Assembly (NCBI GenBank): GCA_051294905.1
Contig: CM119373.1
Span: 746,001 to 810,000 of the forward strand
Direction of reading: 5' to 3'
DNA from: Botryllus schlosseri
Taxonomy: Eukaryota
Length of the DNA: 64,000 nt
In this document: positions 25,684-38,680 of the stretch, piece after piece
How positions within the stretch are numbered: the stretch's first letter is position 1
How the letters are laid out: each line of letters opens with the position of its first letter
Position numbers and translations under genes: made by a program
The notes under the pieces: model-generated
Database searches by the model: none
Told to the model about the DNA's origin: nothing
The model's input: only the letters and a program-made list of their open reading frames with translations

Positions 25684-28600
25684 GGGCCCGTTCTAGCTGA
25701 TGTTTTCGAAATGATTTCAAAACCAGTCTCGAAAACACGACCGTTCGAAGTGAACGTGGTTTCGGTAGTGGTTTCAAAATTACCCAATCGTTCGTAGTGG
25801 GTCTCGCTCGACTACGGAGAGCGTTCGTAGTGGCACGAAGTGCGAAATTATTTTCGTGCTAGCAGGCTTCTACGAACGTGTGTTTTCGTGCTTGTTGCTG
25901 ACGCGAAACTACCTGTGCTGACGCGAAACTACCTGTTTCAGGTGGCAGGAGCGCGTCTACATTCGTAATGTTGGTCATGGAGGTGGTGGCAGTTATTCAA
26001 CATAGTCATAGTGATTATATGAGTGGATATGTCACGCAAAAAGTTGTGGATATGGTAGTTTGTAGGGATAAATGAAGGCCCACACCGTATATCCTGGAGT
26101 ACCCTATATTGTTTATATAGTAATGGTATGTTTTGCAGATGGTTTTTATTTCACACAGTTGAATATATAGGCTATACCAGTGTAAAGATGTCAAGGGGTA
26201 CAATTTAGAGCGAAAGGGAAGTGATGCAGTTGGTAATAGCTTGGTCCAAAGCTGAGATAAAAAGTATGATTACATCAATTCAAAAGGATGGTGACATTTT
26301 CAAGCTAGCAGCTCAATTTCTCGCAAATCAATATACATATGGAAGTCCAGATTATTGGGTGACTTTCTAAGTAATGAAAGAGTAGGCTTATATCCAGGGT
26401 TGCCATCGACATGGACCCAAAAATAAGGACAGTCGAAAAATTAGGTTAGCATTAAAAGCGTTTTTGTACATATACGTTCTATTTATACCATAGCCGTGGC
26501 ATATCACATTCCAGAAATAACCTGCTACAGCAACTCCTTGTTAGTATAAAGCGCTTCATGGACCTCGCGACAGCTCAGGTGTAGGTTTACCTTTGCTCAG
26601 GGCCGATAGGGCACTTCGTCACCCCCCCAAAAAAAAACACGTTCGTCTTGCTCCCCCCCCCCCCCATGGGGTGATAAACCAAACCTCTTCACCTCGTTTT
26701 GATTAGAGGCGTCAAACAATATCACTTTTTGATCGTGGAGCAAGAACTCCAGTAACAATGCTTGTAGTCTAAGTTCTGGCCGAAGCAAACTTCTTTGCGA
26801 TGTTGGAATGGGGAAATATTGCTTTGAAGAATTTCGATGTGCAATCGTTGGTGCGGAATGATTGGTGGTGTTTGCAGTATGGAATGCCCAGATACCCTCA
26901 GCAGCAGCATCTTTGTAGCCTGTGGTCGTTGGTGCTGATGGACTTGCGAAAAAATTATTCATCGACTGGCTATCAATATCACACAGTTCTTGTGTTTTGT
27001 AGTATCAAGAGGAGTTGAAATACCGGTCTTTCATATGGTCTCCAGCTCCAGGTTAATGTCGCAATTGCAGATAATGCAATGTGTGAGGCACTTGCCCTTC
27101 AAGCGTCGCTTGATACCTTTAAATTCTCTCTCAATCGTCACAAAAAAACGTTTTTACGCCTGCTCATTTTAACTACCAGATTTAGCCTTATTAGTAGCTA
27201 ACACTATACGTACATAATTTAGATCAATTTATGAATGACTTTTTAACCCAAGTGTCAACGCCTTTTTTTCGGTACCCAATAAATGCTGCCTTCCCTACAG
27301 CTTATTCTGCGTTAGACGAAACAGCAGAAACCTGGTACTGCTGTTTACTGCTAAAATGACGTCCGCTGCGGTAGGTTGATACAGCCGAAACTGCTACACC
27401 AGTCACTGCCCTAGCTAAGCTATCGCACCCCTTCGAAGTCAAATCAAGTGGTGCGTACGCCACGGGAGTTCCTTTCAATGATGATCTCATAAAATCTCGA
27501 CGCAAAAGCATAATTTTATAATATTATGCAACACAGATACCAGAGGGAAATGATCGAGGTTCTGTAGTAGTTTAAAATAAGAAAAAATAAGGACGCAAGT
27601 GGAAAATAAGGACATTTCTTAGAAATAAGGACAGTTGAGTTTTCTAAGACGTGGCCCTTCAAAATAAGGACAAATCTTAGAAATTAGGACGGTATGGCAA
27701 CCCTGCTTATATCAGTCAGTGGTTATTTGAAGTCATCACGCATGAAGATTCTTTCTAGGATAATTGGAAATGCTGAACTAATTTTCGATCAATTAGTAAG
27801 TGCCAAAATGATGGAGATGCTGATGCAAACACGACAACCATTGTCTTGCTATTACAACGCGCAATCAGTTATTTCAATTAGCCATGACGAACTGAGCTTT
27901 TCTACATTTGACAATAACTCTTGACCACTTGTATGATTTTAGGCAGCAGTCGGTGCACACTACAGATGCCTCAGGACGTTCTGCGCCAGAGACAACCCGG
28001 ACATGAGTGCTGAGTAATTTCATGTTTGTCGTCATACTTACTACCGGTACCTTTTTTACAGCCTTGTTGCAGCTATCCTCAAAGATGATGGAACTCTATT
28101 TGAAGCTATAGTGAAAACGTTTTTCGTCAATAATAACTGCTCAATAAAAAGCATATCTTTCAGTGAACTGATTTTTACCATTTTGTCTCACGGGTCAAAG
28201 ATACTGATGACACAATGATATTTTTAGCATCACACACAAATAGGATGCGAGGTTTCATTTGTAAAAATTGACAATTGAGATTTGAAAATTGGTAACTAAA
28301 GCAGCATATGATGTAAACATAGTGTTGCAGCTACAACAGTATCCTAATTTAAACAAGTTTCAGCATCTCTTCAAATTGGTTGCCGCCACCTACATCAACT
28401 GCATCCAGATCTTGAATCAGGTCTCTTGCTATGAAGCATTGTCACAAGCCACAACCACAATTATTGGCCTAGCTATACACATCTTCTAAAGATCAATAGC
28501 CAGAGGGATTTGAGACGATCAAAAGCTTGTTCAACAGCCATTCTTGCTGAGCTGTGTTTCTGGAATAAAGAGGATAATATTTTACAGACTGAGGATTTTC

Positions 28601-29355
28601 GAAAATTTATTAGCAGTAGGCCTACTAAAGCAAGTACGATAAAAAATCATTTCAGATCAGTGACTTTATTGTCAATTTAAATTCATACCTGTTCAATGAC
28701 AATTTATTAGGAAGGCACTTGGCAGCAATTGCTTCTGATAGGGACATTACCAAGAATTTTACTGCAACATCCCTGATAGCCTACATTTTGCTCACTTTGT
28801 TGGAACAGACACATATATTGTTCTGTCAGGCATTCATTCTCGGTGTCACAATTCATGTTCATACGACGTTATGCTCCTCTCAGGATGTCAATTGCTGCAT
28901 ACGGTACATATACGGATACTGATTCTATCGTGAATTGATTTTGACTACCGGTACTTATTGCTCAATTGCGAATCACACATATTGTAAATACTCAATTACT
29001 GCAAAAAGGTTTAGAACGCTACTATAACCAAGCAAGTCATCTGCATATCACCGACCATCAAAACCTATCATACCTAACAGCTACAGAACCCAAATGCACT
29101 GTAGTACTATACTATATGATAACAGTCTGTATAATAGCACATACATGGAACACGGCCAGCACTACGAACGACATGGCTTCGACGCCAGTTTGGCAACCAC
29201 GGTTGTCAAAATTACGTCTCCGGTCCAAGTGACCAGTTCCTCAAAATACTTGCCAAAACACTTGCTCTTCGTAGTGGTAGTGAAAACAGGCCTTGCGTTC
29301 GTAGTGAGGTGTGACTCGAAAATTAATGGCACGAAACCGCACCTAGAACGCACGC
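25684..29355. mobile_element. PIF/Harbinger-like non-autonomous element
   Basis: TAA|GGGCCCGTTCTAG ... CTAGAACGCACGC|TAA; subterminal TTCGTAGTG/CACTACGAA motifs at both ends; paralogous left TIR at ~47222-47237. Confidence 0.7.
26395..27705 (-). mobile_element. Internally deleted hAT element, private to copy A
   Basis: TIRs CAGGGTTGCCAT / ATGGCAACCCTG; perfect TSD CTTATATC; empty site in copy B (~46541-46548); transposase remnant AAAEGIWAFHTAN ... FASART on the minus strand. Confidence 0.9.
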
Positions 29356-29358
29356 TAA

Positions 29359-30263
29359 GGGTTTCTACGTGCGACTTACGACAAGAGTTTAAATATCTTG
29401 TTGACAGTTCTGATCTACCACAGATGTTTCATCAACTCCAACAACTATTGAAGTACATTACCTTAATCAATTTACTACGGACTCTTTCTGTCTCTATAGT
29501 TCAAACTCAAAAAATTCCATATCATTGTTAGGGCTGGGCACAATCATTCGAGTACTCGAATCTGAATCGAGTAATTATTTTAATGATTCGAGTCGAGTAG
29601 CAAAATACGATTTTTTCGAGTACTGAAATTATACGCTTCTCGCCACTGAAAGTTATTTTATCACCGAGAATTAGGGTTTCGATACTATTTTCCACTTTGG
29701 AAGCCTTAAAACCTTGATAGGCCGTATCCGGTATCGCAGCACACGAATCATAGTACAAAGCTACGAACGTTACTGGAAATAACATATTTCCGAAGTGATG
29801 ATCCTCCTCCCACAATATTTTCACAAAGTGAAATGAAATCGGCTGAGTCGAAATAATACGAATGTATAAGTAATGTGACGAATAACAGGCATTATATTCT
29901 TTGTGGTGGCATGAAAAGTAAATATTTGAAGCATGACATTTTATATACTGTTATTACGTGATAATCAGTGATACTGGACTACTCGATTCGACTCGAAGTA
30001 TAATACGTGATTCAAAATCGAATCACTCTGGTACTCGATTTTGCACAGCCCTAATCATTGGTCAACATCGTAACTGGCAAGACGTTATTGAACGACCACG
30101 CCGATAGTGGCCAGAGTCGGACATCGTACTTTCCTTCATTTGCAGCGGTGATCTTGTCGAACGCGGACGTGGTTTGCGCTGAGCCTGTACGGACTATGGA
30201 GTCGCGTATTTCAGTTAGTTGAGGGACTTTTGATGCCTATAGAACGTCGTGTCATTTATTTCG
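29359..30263. repeat. Dispersed repeat, copy 2 (interrupted by a family C MITE)
   Basis: Homologous to 889-1230 on both sides of 29529-30053. Confidence 0.85.
29529..30053. mobile_element. hAT-type MITE, family C
   Basis: TIRs TAGGGCTGGGCA / TGCACAGCCCTA; TSD ATCATTGT/ATCATTGG; absent from the paralogous site at ~1040. Confidence 0.92.
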
Positions 30264-33200
30264 GTTTGTGTAATTACTTCTAGAGGCGCGAATAACTGAT
30301 TTCTTTTTACATCAATCAGTAAGTGTAATTTGTTTTCGCGCAACGGCACACTTAAAAACATGCGGTTACACCTTCGAATATGCGCTAAGACTCGGGTATC
30401 CTAAAACTATACAAGCTGCGGTATACACCAAAACGTGAACAGTGAAAGTGATTTGAAGGTAATCTCGCATGTCTCATTATGTTTAAACTTCTGTCGACAT
30501 GTAGTTATAAATGTAGCCACAGGCCGTCAGAAGATCAACACAGTGTCAGACGATTTCATCTGTAATTTGTATGTTGTGATCATCAGTTGTAGATGTCTCG
30601 ACATGCAGTTATGAAATTACTACATGGCACGATGAGTATAATATGGTGTTCGACACTCATCATATTTTTCTGCAATCATGACTGACCACAACAGGTAGCA
30701 ATTCCAAGTAACAATCGAAGGCCCTCAATTAAAACACTCGATTTCGAGATATCTGACATATGTATGTGTTACAGGATATATTAGAGAAATATTGAAGAAA
30801 TAACACGAAGTCAACGACTCCATAAATCCATTGCTGGGGGGCCGGTCTTGCCTGGGTGTTTGCGCCACAGCCTCGCTTAGTGATCACCGATTCGTCTATC
30901 GCAACGATATGACCCTAGGTCATATAGAAATTCAATAAAAAACAATTTCTATGTAAAGAATTGTCACAATCATATGACATGAAAAAATATTTCAACTTTC
31001 AATACCACCACATTCTAGTTAAATCAGAGCATCTTACAAAATGAAATCACAGAAATTGCATTAAAATGAAATGGTAAAGAACATATATGGTTGAACGAAA
31101 TTATGGCTTTGTGAAAATTGGTGCCTGAAAGTTAACAACTCTTTCATATGGTATGGTAAAAGAAAAGTTAAAGATTCACCAAAATTGATATCACAAAATA
31201 ACAACCAACCGCACCCTTTTTATGTGTAAAAGTTGTCCGTAAAATTTGATAAAATGCAACTCCTGCAGTGTCATATTATATACAAAATTTGAAACTGCTA
31301 GTTCTGCGTTGGACAGAAAATTAATTTGTGTAAATTTAGGCGTTTCGGTGGCCTGATAGTACGCTACATCTTGTAATAGGCAGAGAACCAAAAACTTTTC
31401 ACAACATTGCAGGCACGCAAATATTTCACATATATAACCGTTGGAAGTGTATAGCACTATGTTTCACTTCAAAGAGAATACGATTATTTGTCAGAACCAT
31501 ATCCCACTTGAAGTTTCAATAGAGATACAAATGTGAATTGGAATTACCAAAGCTTGCATTCAACGAAAAATATGGAAAAATTAGAATATATCTTAACAGA
31601 CTGACGTAAAAACAATTCAACCAGCAGATATCCAAAAGTCATGAAAAGTACAAACTAGCAATATTCGAATATAGCAAGCTTGCTAACAGTTGACACAGAT
31701 TAAAGGTTTATAGAAACTTGTATAACAATACATTTGTTGTGATAAATACATTTGTTGTGATGAGTAACACTGAAAGCAATGTTCAATGATACATCCATGC
31801 AGAAATAACTGTTATTGTCTATGTCGTAATTAAAGTGACAGTGGTAATACGCGACAGACATATTCAATACTACACATTAGAAATAACACAAATGATTCAA
31901 TTGATAATGAAGGATAATAACACAAAATACTTCATGTCTTTTCCTGCACTGAAAATCAATTGATTATGGCAGAGTGACTTAAAATTGCACAAATAATGTT
32001 GATAAAAGTATGCAGACATGTAGCAGGAAATGGCTGTAAGAGGCTAAACAACAAAAATATCATGAAAATATTTCATACTGAAACAAAGAAATAAAGGAAA
32101 TATAAATTTAACAGTCAAACCCTTTCTGGTGATCATAATTGTCTACAATTTTGACCAGTATATACCCATGATGGCCTCACAGAAAAATTGCGCGAATTCA
32201 TGCTAGTCAACGTCACTATGGCTATGTGTCCATCCAGCTTACCACTTCAAGGTGGGCATTGGACACAGCTATGATGTCTTCTGGTCTGACGGAACAGGAA
32301 ATATCGTTGAATTACTGATAAATAATTCCTCCGGTCTGGTCTGACGCGGTATCGGTTCACCAAGCACCATACGTTTTATGTTGCAGTCATAGGCGCCGAC
32401 TTTTATTTTTACATGGGGTGGCCAGATGAAAAAAGGAGGGGTTTGAATAAAAAAGGAGGATTTGAAATCGTTTCAAATTAACCAGGTTTTAACACCAATA
32501 TATTACGGTTAAGTACATGCGTAAATGCCCATAATATATGGATAGGACAAGCTTGAGCGTGCTGACAAGTATGCGTGAACTCGCCAGCGAGTAATTAGCG
32601 ATTCCTTGATTTCGCTTCAATATAAAGTAATCACTATTCAGCAACACGCGCGCGAACAATTGAATACGCAACCTCGGTGACAACCAACTATTTCACATCA
32701 AAATAACGCATAACTCACTTCCTTTTGGAGACAGTCGATCGCGACTTGATAGAAGCCAGCTTCGCAATACTTTTTGGCTATTGCTTCGTTCACTTCGAAA
32801 AGACGTGATGCCAAACGTTGGGATCGCCGCTCTAACAACGATATCACCGTTGCTTGAAAAAGAATCTTTATTGACTTGAATGAACAACAATTAGAAACAC
32901 TGTAAATGAACAACAATGAGAAACACTGTAAAAAAAACTAGAGCGCATGCGATCAAAAGCAGACTATCATTTGCTCTGGGTGTTATTAACTTTTTGTACT
33001 TGGTCATCATGAGGTTTTACGCTGTGAGACTGCTTCCGCTTCCACATGAGAAATTCATGCATCATAACAAATTTTTGCATAGGCCAGCCATCTACTTGAA
33101 ATTGTCAAATTTCACTTTATTAGAATTTGCGGCCGGAGGAGGTCACAGTAGCCAAAGTTGGTACTCGTGCAGAAAAAGAAGCATGGCTCAGAGTAAATGT

Positions 33201-34189
33201 ATCAAGTTCCAGCAATATTTTTCACTGTGGAAGTCATATATCTAGGGCAAGTTTTTGTAACTTTTTCACAGCTTCCTAGATACTCAGAATCTATGTACTA
33301 TGTTTTAAGCTGTTAGGAGGGATTTTATAGCGCAACTTTTTGCAACTTATCTCTATTTTTCATGTCAAATTTACTGCAACTTTCAAATCAAATACTGCGC
33401 TAAAATGTAACGGAGTGATTTAAAAAATGCTGTTAACTATTTCTAGCATGGTTTTATTCTCTGAATGCAACTGGATCTGGTGGTGCAGGGACAAAGAATT
33501 TGATCAGCTTTTTTTTAGGCAAAACTTTTTACTTTTCACAATTTGGATTTTGTCAACTAGGGATTAGTTTTAGGATAAGATAAGCAGAGGATAAGATAAG
33601 CAGAGTGAAATACCGTAAAGAGAATCACAGTAACTGATGAATATATTGTCATTACTCATTTTGCGGTGGTAGCAAAGCTGCATCTTGCAATTACAAAATT
33701 AGCTACCAGAGCAGAGCGCATCGACAAATGATTTGGTCCTACCTCCAATCCTCTTTTTTGAAAAGCTCTGGTCCAACTCAGGCCGTATTCTGGAAATCGG
33801 GATGGTTTTGAATATTGATTGAAATAATGCAAACAGGACATTGAAAACTCGAAGATCCTAGATCTGTCCCACCGGCTAGACTTGGACGCTTAGACATAGG
33901 CGCCTATGCAACTAAATAATTCTAGATGGCTAAGTAGACTGATTGAAGCAAAATGACGGTAATCTAATTTCAAAATGCTTCCCTAATTTTTAAACTAATT
34001 TCTGCTCTCACGAAAATGCTACAGGAGGAGAAAGGATGATGAGGATCTAGTCCGATTTGATATGACCTGAATTGGTGTCCAACTTTTCACAAATTCAGTC
34101 ATTCTAATTTTGGTCTACCGGTAATTTGAAAAAAAACTGAAGAGCTGTAATTCAACTTTAGACCACCAGATTTTGTAATCAGGAAGTGA

Positions 34190-34473
34190 AGGACACTTTT
34201 TCGAAACTTTCTGACTTTGAATTGTGGAGTAAAATTCGGAAAAAATGGTAAATTTGTCCCACTTCGTACTTTGTTGACTAAAAAAAGGTCGTCACTTTCG
34301 TTCGAACCACGAATTTCCTATTTAGCGTATTCAAGGCCATTTTCATTCGAATCTATCCACTATCGTAGCTCTATAAAGCTGTAAAGGAGGACGAATTTCC
34401 AAAAAAGAGGACATTTAGGCGTCCTTGGAGGACATTTTCGAAAACCTGAAAAGGAGGACGTATGGTAACCCTA
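34190..34473. mobile_element. Family A MITE, diverged, left TIR missing
   Basis: GGACACTTTT ... AGGAGGACGTATGGTAACCCTA, homologous to 1638-2053. Confidence 0.75.
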
Positions 34474-35810
34474 CTTAGTAACGACATGCACTTTCTACCC
34501 GAGAATGTAAGAAAGTATCTTCCGTTGTACTGCAACAAATTTCAATTATTTCTACCATAATACGTGACGTTACTACTGGGAATTCATGTAAAAATTTGTC
34601 AGTTATTGAGTGAAAAACGTTTTTTCAGGCCAAACTACTTCGTAAGGACGGACATTCCACCCAAATATAGCAAATTTTTTCCGCTTGAGAGATAACAAAA
34701 ATAGCAATTACTTAACGGTCATATCTTCTGTTCGATTGACCGATTTTAATAAAATTTAATTTTCTCATATCAGAAAATTAAGTCCTGTAAGCCAACCAAT
34801 TTTCATGAAATTCGGAGATAGTGGTTAAAATGGCCAGGGAAAACTAACGTGCATTGATTCTTATGCCACGTCTTGTAAATCATCGCATTTACTTGTAATC
34901 GAGCAGAAATTGATCATGTTACTTGTGAAGATACGATAATTACCTGACCGCCTCTGCTAAAACAGGCATGCCTCTCATCGAAAACGCAACAAGCAACGTT
35001 GCTCACTTCACCAAGAACTTTAAATGCCTCAAGGCGATCTTTGTCGTTCTGAGCCTCGTTCTGCGACGTAATGGCGTAATGGGTCGCTTCCGGGATTTTA
35101 TTCCACGACCGCAAAAACACGGCCAACTGCAAACGAATTCTTTGAGTTTCGTCTGGCAGGCTTCGATTTCTGTCAAGCAAATAGACGCTTATTCGATATG
35201 ACTGGACAGTGAATGGTAGGGTCATTAAAGCATGATTTTTCCTTCAAATTTTACTGTCTACTCGATTTAATTGTTAGCTTAGCTTGGCTATAAACACTGC
35301 ACACCAAATTTGGCTTAATTCAAAACCGTGGAAGCGGGGTTAGTAATGTTCAAAATTTTGGATTTGAAGAAAATAGCATGCACGGTGGGCAGTGCTAGAA
35401 TTGATAATTACAGAAATTTCCATTCCGATTCTGTTGTGATTTCCAAATAATCTTCCATGATTAGGCGGGGGAGATAGTGTAGTGGTTGCGATAAGCGCCC
35501 ACCCATCTGACGAACTGGGAAACTAGTAGAAAGGGTCCCGGCTTCAAAGAAGATTAACATCGAAAAGAACTGTGACATCGGGCAATCTAGGCCGAGGTGG
35601 ATGTTAGAGCAAAGAATCGCTACTGATGCGTGTCGCTCGACATCCTCCTATCTGTTCATGACATCACATTGTGTTTCATCGCATTGTACATTGTGTGTGA
35701 CTGTTCAGATGAAAAATATAACCCAACGATGTTATGTTAGGAAACCACATCGCTGACAACATACGATATAATTGAAAATTGGTGATATCGTTGGTGAATT
35801 AGGGCTATAT

Positions 35811-36911
35811 CAGAGGTCTCAAACTCAAATGTGCTGGCGGGCCAATTTCCTACTTTTTGATGGCGCCGAGGGGCGCAGCACCAATAACAGTGAAATTCCA
35901 GGTATTTCCAAGTAGGCCTTATTTGACGGGACTTTGGAGACTGACATTCCACACGCATCGTAAAAATGTGATTTACTAATGTGAATTCACGCCTCGCACG
36001 AAAAAATAACATTTTTAGATATTTGAATAAAATTGTTGCTGTACTTGGCATAGTTTGTCAAAAATAATCAGTAGTAGCGTGGACACCATACAAGAGTACA
36101 AATGCATCAGCAGGACATCGTAAAAGCTGTCGCATCATAATTTTGTAGCTAGCAGACATTTGACGTGCCGCAATTATAGGTGAACTTTTCGAATTTTATA
36201 AAGATTGATCTGATATCAGTGCATTGGAGCAGTTATACAGCCTAATCCGGGTTACGGAACTACTCCCGATAACTGGAATTCAACAAGTCATCACCAAAGT
36301 CAAATTGAATCAGCGTTAGATTTACCTTGGAATATTTGAACAGATCAATAACAGCTTGAATATAATGATTACGCAGCCATAGCAATAGAAATGTCCAATT
36401 GCCGGAGATTCTATTTGCGTTACAGCTGTGAAGCGTAGGCCACGACTACTTTACACTCGTCACATTTAATTGGCGATGGATAGAGAAGCAGAAGCCCAAG
36501 ATAACACAGAATGTAGCCAACTGTACATCAAGGGGGCAGCATAGTGCCAATGGTTGCCATACCAACTGCTTAGATATCTATATCAGTTACGAAATGCAAG
36601 CTGCGATCTTCTATTAATATGTTCCACACAAGTTTGATAGTTTGTTGTGTCCGTGGTTGTACCAAAGTCACGGCGTACGGCGTCATAAAAGTCCTTCTCT
36701 GATTGTATCTTTTGAGGCGACTTAACTCGAGTCATTTTCATTTATCCCCCATTGAGTCTGAGTTCGAGTAATTCTACAAAAGGTCACGCCCAAGTCCAAA
36801 TCACAATTTTCAGTACAAATCATCAACGGGTCATAAACAAGTAACGTCACGTAGCCTAATAGGTGATCTTCCACTGCGTCGTAACTTTTGAAAGCGTGTT
36901 TGAGACCTCTG
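35811..36911. mobile_element. Charlie-like non-autonomous hAT element
   Basis: Perfect 14-bp TIR CAGAGGTCTCAAAC / GTTTGAGACCTCTG; degraded TSD GGCTATAT/GGCTTATG. Confidence 0.78.
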
Positions 36912-38622
36912 GGCTTATGGATTGATAATTTCACCCCAAATAATTGGAATAAAAACGATGTAACATTTCCACACATCGAAAGTAGAATATCACTTGAGAA
37001 TTTGAAAAAAAGTATCAAATATGTCATGGGACAATGTTGCTACGGTATGGAAAATTGTCAAGTATGGTGCTGTGACGGTGTGGCTGTGTCGTGCCTGGAG
37101 CAGGAGATATCTGACTTGGCGACTGGCCGACTGTCTTTAGGTTGGCGACTTCTTAACTCACAGTTTCACTCGGTACGGATGTATTGCAGCAGAGATACGT
37201 TAGGCGCTGAGGTGAATCTCAGATCTCAAGGGCCGTCACAGAGAAACGTGGGTTTATATACCCGAAAATGCGTAACAATGAATGCGATTGTAATGCGTTA
37301 GCCAATGAGAACGGGTTGGTAAAGTTCTAGTGACAGGAAAAAGGCAGTATACTCTAGCGAGGACTATGTTTGGCGTAACAATGCTTACAACGCTTGGGCA
37401 ACACTAGCAGAGATAGTAGAGTTCTACAAGTTGTCATGATATACTAAAACGCAAAGTATATTTCCTTCATAACGGATGCCTGACGTTAGCTAGGGACGTT
37501 CAGCTAACTAAAAGGACCAGCGGTTCGCTACAGTGCGGAACGATTGGGGCAGGTATGGAGTATGGAAATTTCCGGTTCCATTCTATATACCATGCCCCGC
37601 ATCTACATGTAGGAATTGAGCCAACAACACTATGACAGTCAAATTTGAAGAAAAAAAATATTTTTTTATTATTTTTTCGATTAAATCTTCAACCCAGATG
37701 CAGAGAGTTGGTTAGTAATGTCGTAATTTATTTTTTCAGGACTACTCAAGTAAATTCTATCCTATACAAGCGTACAACCAAACGCATTTACTTGCAGAGA
37801 GATTTCGAGTGCTTCTTTGTATTTCGAGAGGGATGTCATCACAGAACTACCGGAAGCATCTTCCTTTCGTTGCACGCAAGCATATGGTAGTTATAGGCCT
37901 GCATGCAGATGATCCGCGTTTCCATCCGATGAAATTCTTTTTCGGAGAGACATTTTGATTCTTTTATTGATTAAGGAAATCCAATGTTGCTTTTATTTGT
38001 GTCCTTCGCACTGTAACACAAACGCACAGACAAAGTCTAATCGCTTAATGGAGCGGAGCAATGTTGCTTGGCAGTAGTACTTTTTTATTTCATTTCTTGT
38101 TCAGCATAAACGCTCGTTTGTTCGAACACATGTCTGAAAATTTCTTACACCGGTAGTTCAATTTCTTCCACCGGTAGTTCTCATCAAAGACTTCTGTCGG
38201 TGATACATATAAGCTATCCAGGCGGCAGACTGGTACACCAGTAAATGGTTTGTTATGCTCTGTGTTATACATTATAAATTGATCATGTTTCCATTGACTC
38301 GAATACAACGGCGATGTCGTATCCTGATAGTACTCAGGGTAACGAGCATTATACCAGTACTCAGTGTAACGAGCATTATACCAGGTGACACAACAGGGTC
38401 GGCAGACCATTGACTGCAATGTGGCCTACAGGGTCGGCAGACCATTGACTGCAATGTGGCCTCGAGGTCGTAGATTGCAGGCAGTGCAGTCACACTCGCG
38501 GTATTTTGTAGTAAGAGGTGACGCAACACGAGCGAACTGCCTAGGTCTGCCTCTTCCGGCGGCTCGAAAGAGCCCATACCTCCCTCGACTTTTGTCAGGT
38601 GAGCGCAGTCCGCGACAGTATC

Positions 38623-38680
38623 CGTCAGCTGCAACGAGGAGATCGCCGAATCAACTTCACCTGACTTTCCCGCATGCTGG
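38623..38680. repeat. 58-bp exact direct repeat of 54068-54125
   Basis: CGTCAGCTGCAACGAGGAGATCGCCGAATCAACTTCACCTGACTTTCCCGCATGCTGG is identical at both loci; flanks are unrelated. Confidence 0.9.

Larger units (their letters stand above)
22736..27924 (+). repeat. Segmental duplication, copy A (inverted relative to 46330-51683)
   Basis: Continuous reverse-complement homology, 22736<->51683 and 27924<->46330, apart from private insertions and small indels. Confidence 0.95.

Noticed and set aside
32388..33908. Element bounded by CATAGGCGCC / GGCGCCTATG
   Set aside because: The ends are complementary, but there is no TSD and the right site is itself a palindrome, so the boundaries are unsupported.
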